This document shows positions 1 through 12,554 of a stretch of 64,000 nt of DNA, one piece after another. The first letter of the stretch is position 1. Every line of letters starts with the position of its first letter. Both the position numbers and the translations under genes were made by a program. The stretch is from NCBI RefSeq assembly GCF_009914755.1, contig NC_060929.1. One strand, 5' to 3'. The notes beneath the pieces were generated by a model, which did not search any database, was not told the origin of the DNA, and worked only from the letters and a program-made list of their open reading frames with translations. Source of the DNA: the human T2T-CHM13v2.0 reference genome, Homo sapiens.

Positions 1-65
1 GGTGATCCACCCGCCTCGGCCTTCCAAAGTGCTGGGATTACATGCATGAGCCACCACACCCAGCC
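1..65 (-). mobile_element. Alu, 5' end (cut by window edge)
   Basis: ggtgatccacccgcctcggcc...gctgggattaca...gagccaccacacccagcc is the reverse complement of the Alu left-arm start. Confidence 0.95.
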
Positions 66-819
66 TACAGTTTCAGATAGTTTTGGTTCACTTTTAAATT
101 CAAGTCTGTCAGGATCTTGAATCCTATCATCACGAGAATGCATTAAACTACAATCCGTTTACTAACTCTTTCTTCACTATTGCTTACTCAGCAGTGAGAA
201 AGGGGAGCATGTGGGGCAGGAAAATATCTGAGATGAGTAATCTGTTCTTGTATTTGGAGCTCTTCCAAACTCCTGCCAGCTCACACTGTTGTCTAGGGCC
301 CAGCTGATTTCCCTGGTCCTCTAAAAGTCTCTGTATTTATGGCAGGTTTGCTTACGTTTAGCCCAAGTGCCTTCTCCCAAGCATGGAAGATGCTATGAGT
401 TTGTTTCTGTCTAGAAATCAGTTCATCAAGGCAGCAGAGAAATTTGGTTGGAATGGGTGCCCTGAAATTCAGTTTTGTGTCACCAATTGTGGGTATCCAT
501 TAGGAACCACTGGAGGCAAACTGAAATAAATCCTCCTCTCTCAAGGAGGCGGTGTTACTCCTGGACCTGGCAGGATGCTCATGTGAGTATGTCCAGCAAA
601 CCAACCACTAACAATCCCAAAGATAACAATTTCTTATACTCACACGGTGCTTTGTGTTTAACAAGGCATGTCCATGCCCATGGGTCTCCTTTGATTCTCA
701 CAATAACTCAGTTTTAGTATGAGGGAAGACTGGGAAAGTCCAGTGGGCCAGTTTGGGAGTGGCCTTGAATGTCATCCTTGAGACTTTGAACTTTAGTCCA
801 TATTCTGCCATTCGCCTCC

Positions 820-1455
820 TTTCATCCAGATCACTGCAGCGGTCTCATTGCAAGCCTCCCTGCCTCCAGGCCTGACCCCTCCATCCATCCGCCACACCGA
901 ATGAACAATCTAAAAGGCAAACTTCCCCTTGCCAAACCCTCCTGCTCTGTACTCTTCAGTGGCTCCCCACTGCTTTCAGAACAAATCTACAAAGCTCTTG
1001 AGATCTGGCCTCTTTCCACTTCTCCAGTCTCATTTTTCCCCTCCTGCTTCTCCCTACTTTCTTCTTCAGCTGCACTAAACATTCTTCAATTCCTTCACTG
1101 AATCTTGCTCCATCAAGCATATATGCATTGCTATATACTTTTCCACATTGTTCACACACACACACACACGCACACACACACACACACACTCACACTCACT
1201 CATGTCTGCTCATCCATAAGGTCAAAGCCGCAGAGTGACCTCTTTTCCATGCCTCCTCTGGACCTGCAGGCCCCGAGCTTGCTTCCAGCTCATCACCTGG
1301 CTCACTGGGCTGGGATTGCTCCAGCATTTGCTTCCCTACTAGAATGAAAGCTGTGGGAGGGCAGAGATTGTCCATCTTGCACACCCTTGAGCCTCTAGCA
1401 CCAAGCACAGTGTCTACACATAACAAGCACTCCATCAATGCTCATTGCATTGAAT
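820..1455 (+). mobile_element. L2 3' fragment, interrupted by (CA)n
   Basis: L2-like cttcagtggctccccactgc and L2 3' end ctagaatgaaagct...agcacagtgtctacacataacaagcactccatcaatg; boundaries approximate. Confidence 0.7.
1153..1200 (+). repeat. (CA)n microsatellite
   Basis: cacacacacacacacacgcacacacacacacacacactcacactcact. Confidence 0.95.
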
Positions 1456-1599
1456 AGGACCCAGGAAGCTACAGACTGCTTGTTCTGCTATATATCCTGC
1501 CAGTTGTTTAAGAGGTCAGCTCATGAGTACTTACTATCTCTCATAGCCTAGGTCTGGGCCGAAATGCAGGGTCAGATGAGAGGCTGCTGAAATAGAATA

Positions 1600-1830
1600 T
1601 GAACAGTGCTCACATTTATCAAGTGCTTCACTTGCGCTGTCCCATGTAACCTTCACACAACCCTGCACATTTGGTGCTATTATTAGCATTCCCATTTTGG
1701 AGATGAGAAAACAAAGGCATGGAGGGGTGGGCAATTTGTCCAAAGTCACAAAGTTCAAAAGTGGTGACTCTGGGGTTCAGTCCAGGCACTGTGATGCCAG
1801 AGATTCTCACCTCTAACTACTATGCAACAG
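1600..1830 (-). mobile_element. MIR
   Basis: Reverse MIR core: cccattttggagatgagaaaacaaaggc...tttgtccaaagtcaca. Confidence 0.8.
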
Positions 1831-2109
1831 GAACACTGACCTCCAGAAGCTTCCGGGCTGGTTTTTGAGACAAGATAGAGATGCCACCATAGGATCCCAA
1901 ATGCAGGGGATACCCAGAGAAGGGAAGAAGTGTGACCCACTGCAGTCTCAGAAACGCTGAGATGGTGACAAGCACTGGGAGGGCAATGTAGAGGCTTTTA
2001 GGGAACCTGGATACCCCAGACCCCCAGAAGAGGGGTCCCCCAATTTCGCTGTGACCTCAGGGCAGGAAGCAATGCTGAAGCCAAGCTGCCACTATGGGCC
2101 AGAGACTCC

Positions 2110-2370
2110 CGAGAGCCCGGAATGGAAAACAGTGCGACTAAATGTCAGGGTTTCGGGCCCCAGCCAGGCCTGGCTGCCCTATACCGAGCTCTATCCTCCT
2201 GCCCTGGAAGGAAGAGCAGGGAGAGATTCCACAGGAGCCCTCAGGAGAGCTTCCGAAAAGGGCCCCCCTGCCAGGGAGCAGGGAGAAGCGGGCGTGCTGG
2301 CGGCCAGGTCGGGGCGGGGCAGCCTGGGTCTGTGTGGGGTGGCCGGCAGCCGGGCCACCCGGACACCTCT
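2110..2370. promoter_or_regulatory. Small GC/CpG-enriched element with an Sp1 GC box
   Basis: Local CpG cluster in non-repeat DNA; GGGGCGGGGC at 2311-2320. Confidence 0.4.
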
Positions 2371-2554
2371 GACAGGCAATTTCCAATTTCCTATGGAATT
2401 AAAGTGTAAAAGCAGAGAGTCCGTCACTGTCTGCTGCCTCCCTGGGAGGGGAGAGAGTTACTGCTGCAGGCTTGAAAAAGCTGAACTGTCCTTTCCCAAA
2501 CAAAACAGCAACCAAGGAAGTTGGTGGTGGGAGGATGGCTTCAGGGCTCCAAGC

Positions 2555-2700
2555 TGGAAGTCAGGATGCAGGCTCTTCTGTCTCTACCTGCTTGGATGAC
2601 CTTGGGCAAGTCCCTTCTTGTCTCTGGGCCTCAGTTTCTTCATCTACGTGAGGAGGCATTGGACAAGAGGATGCCGGAGGCCCCTTCCAGCTCTGAGAGG
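2555..2700 (+). mobile_element. MIR (MIR3-like)
   Basis: gaccttgggcaagtc...ctctgggcctcagtttcttcatct...gccccttccagctct. Confidence 0.8.
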
Positions 2701-3579
2701 CCAGCATTTGGTAATAAGGTTGGGTGTGGGAAAAGATGAGGTCTTGGGGGAGAGGGGGAAGGGGCTGGAATCATCGTGGGTTGGAACAGTTAAAGGAACC
2801 TCTGTTCAGCCCCAGCCCCAAGGCTCCCAAACCCAGCAGCAGAACTGGGATCCACCCAACCAAAATCAGCGAGGGAAAGCCAAAAGCATGAGTAAGGAGA
2901 GGTTGGGCCATAAACATGTCATCTGCACAAACATCCAGCCCCCTCTGGGGTCCCATTGGCCCTGCTGGAGGGAGGAGGCTGCTATTGGGGCCCCCTCAGC
3001 CACAACCCCAAGCCTACTCGCTTGGCCTGGGACTCCAGGGTGGAGGCCTGATTGCTTAGAAGGGAAACCTGGCTGTGGACATGCCCCAAGGAGCTGTCAG
3101 GAAGGGGCTGGTGGTGGCTCTCAGCGGAAGGGAGGCTTTCCATGCTGATATCAAACAGGATTTTCTGGGATGGTCTCCATTTCAGGTCTGCTGGGGCTCC
3201 TGCTTCTCCAGTCCTGACCATTCCCCAAAGCTCTGGAAAGAAGAGCAGCCACTGGACCTTGATCTGTGGGTCTTCACAGGCATTGTAAACACAGTATTCC
3301 CCAACACGACTCTTTGTTCTTCCAAACTGTCTTCCTCTGTGGGGTTCCTGGCTTAGGGATGGTACTACCACCTAGTCCCCCAAGCGGGTGTTTCAGAAGT
3401 GATCCTTGTTCCTCTTTCTCCCTCTCCATCCACATCTAAGATGTGGCATGTGCCATATCCTGACAACCTGACTCTTTGTGCACTTCCATTGGACTGTTTC
3501 TCTCTCTCAATCTCCCTCTCCTTTTCTGGACCTGAAGTATATACAATCCAACTAATTATAATCCAGTTTTCAAATGGCT

Positions 3580-4540
3580 TGCTTTTTAAATTTCCTTATT
3601 TTTTAATAACAAAACAAAAGCTAGAACCATGACAATAACCTGCGTTCACCATGCATGATTCTCCACCCCATCTCCTTGCCCTCCGCCTTCCGAGGGAGCC
3701 ATCATCCTATGTCTTGTGTCTATTGCTCTGTTGCTTCCTGTTGATAAAATCTTACTTTATGTATCTGTACTCCTAAAGTCTAATTTTATAAATGGGTATT
3801 CTGTATGTAATCTTTTGGAATTTACTTTTTGCAAGTGTAGTAGATCATTTCCAAATATGGCTGCAATTATTCCTCTTCCCGCCTCCACATCCCTTTTGCA
3901 ACATGACTTCGAAGTTCCTTCCATCAAGAGGTGGAGTCTATTTCCCCACCTCTCAAATCTGGGCTGGGCTGATGTATGTTTTGACTAATATAATACGGTG
4001 GAAGTGGAATTGTGCCAGTTCTGAGCTTAAGCCTTTGGAGGATCTGTGCTCTTCCATATTTTCCTGGAAACTTTTGAACAAGTCTGGGCTGGCTTGCTGG
4101 ATGAGGACTGACATGTGGCCCAATTGCCACCATTGTCTCAGCCAACAACCAGTCAACTCTCAGAAGCAGTGCCCCCTAGCTGACTCTCTGCTGACCCTGG
4201 ACTCATGAGGAAGCCCAGCCAAAACCAGAACTGTCCAGCTGAGCCCAGCCTAGAATACCTACCCACTGAATTCTGAATCAAATAAGTAATTGTTTAAGCT
4301 ATTAAGTTTGGAGTGGTTTGTTACACAGCAATCACCAGCTGTTACACCAAGATTCAGTCTTTTGTTGCATGCTGCTATGGCTCATTCATTTTCATGGCTG
4401 TGTAATATTCCACAGTGTACATATGGTTTATTGGTCCACTTTGCTATTGATGGGCATTTGTGTTTTTGATATTGTGAAAATCGCTCCGTGAACTTTTTTT
4501 ATACCTGTCCTCTATCGAATGTGTGCAAGAGATTCCTGGT
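3580..4540 (-). mobile_element. Old L1M fragment split by an MLT1 insertion
   Basis: L1 3'-region-like text on both sides of the LTR (ttttataaatgggtattctgtatgtaatc ... ctcattcattttcatggctgtgtaatattcc). Confidence 0.6.
3836..4346 (+). mobile_element. ERVL-MaLR solo LTR (MLT1G/H-like)
   Basis: TG...CA termini; ccatcaagaggtggagtctatttcccc; gctgagcccagcc; end tttggagtggtttgttacacagcaat...aca; 5-bp TSD gcaag/ccaag. Confidence 0.85.
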
Positions 4541-4599
4541 CCTCTCTAACCTCACAGCTACTAGAAACCTTGAGTCAATTCCCCTGACTATCCCAGAAG

Positions 4600-5470
4600 A
4601 AATGATCAAAAATGAAAATCACATCACGACATTCCCCTGCTCAAAATCCTTTAGTGGCTCTCCTCCAGCACGAGGGTAGAGTCCAGCATCTTTACTCAAT
4701 ATTTAAGGCTCTCTGTGGCCGGGTCAGTGCTGGCACCTCTAGCCTTAACGTCTCTTTGACAACAAGCTCTACCACTAAAAATCTGTGAGACGTTGGACAA
4801 ATTCCTTCCCTTCTTTGTGCCTCAGTTTTCTCTTCGAAAAATGAGACTAGAGACACACTAAGGTGGGCGTATTACTGAGTTAACCCTTACAAAGCTTTAA
4901 GACAGTGCTTGGAGCAAAGCATCCCACAAATATTTGCTCTTATTGTTGTTCTTACTGTTGTGGTAAATGGAGTGAAATGGTAAGGCTGATGTTTCCCAGA
5001 GTACATCACCCCTCAGAACCTTTGCCCATGTCTGTCCCTCTGCTCAGAAAGCCTGCTCTCTCCCTGCTTACCTGGCAGCCTTGCCTGCTCAGCCCTGTCC
5101 TAGTGTCACTCCGTGTCTTTCCTGCTGATTCCCCACTGCCCAGAAGAACTGACCTCACCTTTTCCTACCCCATTGGCCCCTGCATGCATGGCTATCACCG
5201 CTCATGTTTGTTTACTGGGCCTCCTTGAGGGCAGGGATGATGGCCCATTCATTTCTGTATCCCAGGGTCTCAAGGAGCCTGGCACAGATAAATTCATGAT
5301 AAATGCATTGTCAGTGAATAAGTGAATTACCGACCTTCTTTTCCCTGAGCAGTCATTCATTCATCATTCATTCAACCACCATTTACAGAGTCAGCTCCAT
5401 GCCAGGCACTGCTTTGGCTAAGTGGAGACCTCTGCCTGCAGGATCTCCTGGTCTGTGGGGAGAGACAGAT
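4600..5470. mobile_element. Cluster of L2 and MIR fragments
   Basis: MIR core gtgcctcagttttc at ~4820; L2 3' end gagcctggcacagataaattc at ~5280; reverse L2 tail cattcattcatcattc at ~5355. Confidence 0.65.
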
Positions 5471-6079
5471 CCCCGTGCGGATGGGTACGTCTCAGTGCAG
5501 TCCAGGCTGCCACATGGGAGCCCCCTACCCAGAACGAGCAGAGAGAGCCCTCAAAGAGCCTACCATCACCAAGGGAAAGGAGATTTAGACCTGAGACAAA
5601 GACAAAGCTGCCCAAGCATTTGGGGTATTTGAGATTCTGATTATGCACAGGACGGGAGTTTAGAGAGCCACAGAGCTGCCCAATGGGCCGGAAGCTGCTG
5701 GCTGCAGGATCTGGGAATGCAGGTGCCATCTTGCTCACCTTGAAGCCCAGCTCAGCCAGGGTCTGGCACAGAGGGGGTGGTCAGCATAAATGTTTGTTGG
5801 ATACATAATAAATGAGGAGAGGAAATCTAACTAAATAAGAACTGCATTTCAGCCCCACTCTGCCACATACCGGTCAGTGACTACGGCCAGGACACATCCC
5901 CTGTCTGGCCTCAGATATTTTCCAACATCCTCTCCAACTCTCACATTCTATGATGATGCAGAGAGGCAGCCTGGACCCTCAGGGTGCTCCTGGACTGACT
6001 GTGCGCGTGTGTATGTGAGTGTGCGTGCACACGCAGCACATGGAGGATCTGGATGTAGGAACAAGCGCAAAATATGATA

Positions 6080-6360
6080 ATTATCATTTTGGGAACACTT
6101 GTTCTGTGCCAGGCACAGGATGCAAAGGTCTAAGTGCTTCACGTGTATTGCTTCATTTTCCTCTTACTCAAACTGCACAACACGGGTGATGTTGTTACCA
6201 CCAACCCAAACTGTACAAAACGGGGGATGTTATTATCCCCATTTTACAGCTAGGGAAACGGAGGCTCCTGAGTTGGAATAAATACTCCCACAGATGGTCA
6301 GTGGCAGATGTGGGATTCAAAGCAAGATCTGTTGGACTCCAAGCTCTTAGCTGCTACACT
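6080..6360 (-). mobile_element. MIR
   Basis: tgtgccaggcacagg...tattatccccattttacagctagggaaacggaggct...gggattcaaa. Confidence 0.8.
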
Positions 6361-6961
6361 CCAGGGCCTCCCACGGGAGTGTGCCCTCCGACTCCAGGGT
6401 GCATGTCTTTCTGCCACTTGAGGGCAACTTTTGGTGACAGAACCTGGCTGAGAATTCAGAGATGACCGAGGCCAAGGCTGGGGGGAGCTGGGGGTGGGTG
6501 AGTGAAGGGCGTTCAGCTTCACTGCCTCTCCACGCCTCTGTTAACTGCAGCCAAATCCCCCATGTGAAAGACCTGGCTTGGGCTTTCCTGGGCTTGCATG
6601 CGAGTTTTTGCTTTGCTCAACCAAAGGGCTTCCTGCGGTGCTCTGGACTGTTCTTTCTGGCCAGGCTAAGGGAGGGCAGAGGTCAGCGGAGGCCCTGCCT
6701 TTGGCTCACCCTCCCAGAGGGTGGATTCCCAGCAAGTCTGAGAGATCCTGGAATGGTCTCTCGGCATACAGGCGGGAGTACTGGGATATTTGTTCCCCCG
6801 GACACAGCTCCCTCCCTCATGTGCCACAGAGCAGCTTAGAGGGAGCAGCTTAGCACTGGAAACCCAGCCATGGGAAAGGCTGCTACAGGCTGGCCTTTGA
6901 AAGGGAGTTCTCTTTCTTCAAGTGCTTAGGGGAGAAAATAAGTGAGAAAAAGAGAGATAGA

Positions 6962-7005
6962 GGAAGGAAGGAAGGAAGGAAGGAAGGAAGGAAGGAAGGA
7001 AGGAA
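6962..7005 (+). repeat. (GGAA)11 microsatellite in a purine-rich tract
   Basis: 11 uninterrupted GGAA units counted; purine-rich run continues to ~7055. Confidence 0.97.
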
Positions 7006-7869
7006 GAAGAAGAAAAGGAAACGAAAAGGAAAGGAAAGGAAGAAAGGAGAGAAAAATTGACCATACTAGGGGTCTGGTCTGTTGAGTCAAATTTCCTGAT
7101 GGGCTCATCCCTAATGATGCCTGAAATGGAGGCCACTGTGGGGCTGTTCTTGCAAATGTACTTAGTGGATGGATCGTGGCCTCTTGTGCAGCTGCAAGCT
7201 CCCTATTCCAAGGCCCCAACTCAACAGGTCCGATGCTGATTCCAAATAGAGTCACCCTGGCTGGGAGGGCCTTTCTGGGTCCCCAGGGAAAGATTTGGAT
7301 GGTGGGGACCTAAGATGCTGCAGCTGAAGCTCCTGCCCTTCCAGGAGGGCAGGGCAGTGTCAGGGAGCCTCAGGGCCTTCCTTGCAGGTTCAGGGGCCTC
7401 AGGGGGAACATCGCATGGCTCTTCAGAGACTGTCCCTGGAAGTGACCTGAACTCCAGGGACTCAGGCCAGAAGCAGCCTCTTTTGCACACGCCCCTGCCC
7501 CTCTAGTGAGGTGTGGGAGTGGGTGGGGAAAAGCCTTGCTCATCCAGGCCTTTGGAAACATCCCGACACACTTTCCTCCAGGCAGGCCGAAGTTATTTTC
7601 CAAGTATTTCACTTTCCATTTCTTCTCCAGATCTGGTAACAGGGTGTTCCTGCCCTCTTCCCCTTCCTGACCCTTCTGCCTGGGCCCCGCCCCTGCTGCG
7701 TTTCATCAAGTCGACATGCTCTAAGAAAGCCGGCCAAATCTGCACTCAGCCCCACGGATGGCGCAGATGTGTGTGACCAGCCCCCCTCGGCCTGCAGAAG
7801 CTTACCATCGAGCCTAGGGGACAGCTATCCAGAGGGAAACAGGCACCGGGGGCTCAGTGGGTCATGGGC

Positions 7870-8400
7870 TTTGAGGTCTGGCTTCTCTACTGTGTTACCC
7901 TGGGAAAGTGTCTTGAGCTCTCTGAGTCTCTACGTGCTCATCTGTGAAATGGGGGTTACCCTATCTCCCTTGGAATGTTGTGAGGTTCAGAGTGGACAAT
8001 GAATGTGCTTGCAGTCCAGTGCACATCTGGGTTCATACTGGGGACCCAATGCAGCTTTCTGACTTAACTTTCGGAGGTGGAAGTCAACTGTTGGAGATCG
8101 CTCTCTTAGGGACAGCCTTTTTGTGTCTTTCTAGGTATGCAGAAGCAGTCCAGGCAGTACAATCAGCCAAAACTGATTATGAATTCTGGTTATACAGCTT
8201 CCCAGCTGGGGAACCTTGAGCAATTCATCCACCTCTCTGGGCCCCGGTTATGAATAAAATATAAAAGAAAATGCAGGTAAAATGCCCTCTTCCTCAAGGG
8301 AATGCCCTCTTTCTCAAGGGGTTGAGGTCAGGATTAAGTGGCATAATGCAAGCCCTTGGCACAGTGCTTAGCTCGAGGGATGGTGACAAATAGTCATGAC
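7870..8400 (+). mobile_element. Two MIR fragments
   Basis: ctcatctgtgaaatgggg at ~7940; gaaccttgagcaattcatccacctctctgggc...tggcacagtgcttag at 8210-8370. Confidence 0.65.
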
Positions 8401-9664
8401 TCTTCTTTGATGGCTCAGTTTCCAGCTGCTCTCCCTGAGATGCCATGGGAGGTTCTTGGCTGGGAAGCCAACTGTTTCTTTGTCTAAGAGGGAGAAGATG
8501 CTATACATCTTGCTCTCACTTAACCCTGCTCCCTCCCACTCACCACCACCCTTTTTCTTTTTCCAGGCCACATGAGTTTTGCAGAGCAGACGTAGAAAGC
8601 AGAGAATGAAAAAAAGAAAAAGAGGAGAGATCTGAAGCCAGAATGGGCGTCATGCAAGAGGCTCTAGAGTTGCAGACAGTTGCAGCCCAGATACGACGTG
8701 CAAAGAGAGACATCCCAGATCTCCCACACAGAACTCCGGCGCGCTTTGAAGTGTTGACAACACATAAAATTAAAAGCATCACAATGCGAATTATCACGTT
8801 GTTTTTTCCACTTTGATAGCCTCTACAAAGCATTTTATACCGATGAATCAATACAAATGTCTCTTTATAAAGACATTGGAAACAAAAAGATACATTTTTT
8901 TTTTTCCTTAAGAGAAACCGACACAACTAACAAAAAGATTTCAGCCCTGGCTTGCAGGATAGCTCTAGGTAACATAGTGAGTTTGTCTCTCCTTTTCACA
9001 GTGGCCTTGGAGGTCACTGCTGTCTACTTGCTTGGGTCAATCATTCAGCCTCCGGATGAATGTTCTGCCTGCTGATTAGTCAGCACCATGAGATGAGACA
9101 AACAAGCCACAATTGCATTGCTATTGCCTCCTGACTGCACACACATGTGTGTGCACATGTATAAGAATATATACAGTGTGTGTAAATATATAGAGGCGTG
9201 TGTGTGTGTGTGTGTGTATTTTGTGGTTTGGTAAAATAAAGCTTGCAAATTAGGATTAATTTATAACTCGTTATAATTGGATTATTGGCTGGGACTCCCT
9301 TTATGTTACAGCAGATGGACTTTTGCGTGAAATATTTTCCCTGAGTTGCTATAGAGATGTGCCAAGATCTCTCTGCTGAAGTGATTCCCCGCAGGCCTGT
9401 TTGTTGTTGTGCCCGGTGCCGAATCACTTGCAGGCTGAATCACTTACAGCCCTCACAGAGGCTGATGAAAGAGCCCCGGGACCCTGGGAGTCTCCAGCCT
9501 CTCAGCTACTGCCACCAGAGATGGGCTGCAAAAGTCATTAGAGCTAGACTGGGGGGTGGGTGGCTGAGCTGGTGGGTGGAGGGGGATGTCCAGGTGAGCC
9601 AGGCAGCCACAGGGGAGAGGGCTGCTGTGGGCAAGAAAGATAACTCAGGCTAATCAAAGACCTA

Positions 9665-10029
<365 letters not shown>

Positions 10030-10529
10030 TTATCTGTCTAGTTCCTGTAGCAAGCCTATGAGGGGAGTCCTGTTTTTCCCACTTTTCAGGTGGGGAAAAG
10101 GAGGCACAGAAGAGTGAAGCTGTTTTCTCAAGCTACCACTGCAGTGATCTTAGCAATGGTGTCTCCCCAAAATGGGGGTGAGGTGGGATAGATGGGGTAC
10201 ATTTAAACATAGGGTTCTGGGAGAACTGAGAAGCCACAGGCTGGGCGGGGTAGCCAAATTTAGCCCTCTGCCAGTTCCTCTGGCTGTCGGAGGATCCTCA
10301 GACAAAACCGCCAAACTCCATCACGCAACTCACAGTCCATTTGGGCAGACACACTCAGGCCTGTCTGATGAGCAACATAAACATGGCCAAGCGCCTCATG
10401 AGACGCTGTGGGTCCTGACTCTTGAACCAGAGGCTGAGTATGGGGGCCCCAACTCCCCGATTTCCATCTCAGGCAAAGATGTGAATCAGGCAATGTTTCC
10501 AGAGAGCAGAGTTTACAAAAAGTGTGGCC

Positions 10530-10750
10530 TGGAGTGATGACAAAGGCATGGGCTTTGAAGTCAGACAGACCCAAGTTAGAATCTTGAATCTACCCTTGTC
10601 CAGAGCTGTGACTTTTCTCATCTGTAAAATGGGATTCATTGTACTTACCTGGCAGAGTTAGGCTCAGCTCTCCCAGTAGAATGGAAGCTCTCTAGAACAG
10701 TGCCTGGCGCACAGTAGACCCTGTGAAATACACATTGAATAAATGAGTAT
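10530..10750 (+). mobile_element. MIR/L2 fragments
   Basis: tttctcatctgtaaaatggg; agaacagtgcctggcgcacagtagac...tgaataaatga. Confidence 0.7.
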
Positions 10751-11004
10751 GTTTTTAGTATATCTGGCATGTCATAGGTCTTACTAGATGGTAGAAATTA
10801 TTTCAATCTGGCACTTTTAGACTTTGGAGCCCATTTTCTTCTTTCATATTGTTAGCTTCCCTTCCTGGGCAGTGTCAAGATCCTGAGTCCTTGCGTCTCT
10901 TCCCCAGCCCCTACCAACCCATGTAGACAGGATTCTTGGAGACTACAAACTGCCCAACGTGTTAACCAGTATCTCAGTCCATGGAGATCTCTTCCTAGGA
11001 TAGC

Positions 11005-11523
11005 ACGTTAGTCAGGACTCTTTAGATGGCAAGGACAGACACTAACTCAATCTGTCTTAATAAATGAACAAAGGAACTTACTAATAGGAGTAAATGGCTT
11101 CAGGTATGGCTGAATCCAGCTGCCCAGCTAATCTCTTTACATTTCTTAAATTTATTCTCTTTCAGTTTGAATCCACCTTCAGGCAGGCTCTGCCCTTGTG
11201 ATGGTAGGATGGCGGCCCAGCTTCAGGACTACCTCTCACCAGCTCAGCACCTTAACAAAAAGAGAACTCCTGCCCAACAGCTTAAATACAAGCCCTAGGA
11301 CTGCATTTTATTGAATGTATTATATAACGTATTATATAATACTTGGGTCACATGCCAAGCCATATCATGTATCCATCCTGGAAACCTGGAGGTGGAGTCA
11401 ACCCCACCTAAATCAACATGGTCTGAGAACGGGGAAGGAGCAGTTCTCCAAGGGCAAGGCGGAGGTTCTTGACAGAAGAGGAGAGAGACGCTGAGTAGAT
11501 GAGAACAGCCAACATCTACCACA
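11005..11523 (-). mobile_element. ERVL-MaLR LTR (MLT1K/L-like)
   Basis: gttagtcaggactcttt...ggcttcaggtatggctgaatccag...cttgggtcacatgcc...tctaccaca matches reverse old MLT1. Confidence 0.75.
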
Positions 11524-12528
11524 GAGCGGAAAACAACAAACTTGGTTCTCATGACAAGCCCAAAAGGTAGTTATGATTCTTCTCATTTTGCAGAAAACAG
11601 AAGCACAGAGAGTCTGGGGACCCTGCCCAAGACCACATAGTGTGTCAGTGGCAGATTCAGGCTGGGAATCCCTAAGCCTGTGTTCTTGCCAGGACTTTAC
11701 AGAAGGAAGTGAGCCTCGCAGCAGGTCATGAACTAGCAGCTGGAAGATACGTGAAAGATACAGATGGGCTCAGAATCCCAGCTCCACAAGGGGAAGCTTC
11801 TGGGCCCATGCAGGACTGTTTGTGGTTCTTGCCCTCATCTGTGCCGAGTAGCACAAGTCTCAACATAACTAGGTGCTTGCTTTTCTTCATCTTTCCAAAA
11901 TCCCAGAGCATGTTGTTGGTCATGTTTGCAAATCTTATAAGCAACTTATAATTTTATTTTGATTGTCTCAAGTCAGAAATAATTTGACCTTGGCATTATT
12001 GAGAATCCTATTTTCAAACTTTTTTTTTTTTTTCAGACTCCTTGGTGGTTCTATCTATTTGGAGAAGCCTTTATATCTTCACACACCTGGGATCTTCCAA
12101 GAAGGTTTTGGATGAGCACGCCTCAATTCAGTCCTAGAGACCTATGCTGCATTTGTTTCCTTCCCTCTTGGTCCACCTCCAGCCCTCATTCAATTCTAAG
12201 TCTCATCATGCCTTTGAAGACTGCCCTGCTAGTCTCAAACCTGTGCTTTTTCCTTTGTTCAATTGTGACCCTGTTTATGATGCTACAGAAAGAACAGCTT
12301 TGCATACTCCAGACTTGGTTCCAGGTGTCTGCACTCATAATTTATGTTGCCCTTCAATTTACCTATAGAATCTTGCCTTTTAAGAACTGGTTCCACATAA
12401 AGTTTCTAAGGGGCTTTTAAAACTGTAAAGCAATATAAATGATAGATGTTATAAAATCTAAGATCATTTGTCCATGTTATTCTCTACCTGTTGGTTCCTT
12501 CCTCATTGAAAATTGGTGTATAGATGGT

Positions 12529-12554
12529 AGATAGATAGATGATAGATAGATAGG

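Noticed and set aside
8281-8320. 20-bp tandem duplication AATGCCCTCTT(C/T)CTCAAGGG
   Set aside because: Two-copy slippage inside a MIR; not an array or CRISPR-like structure
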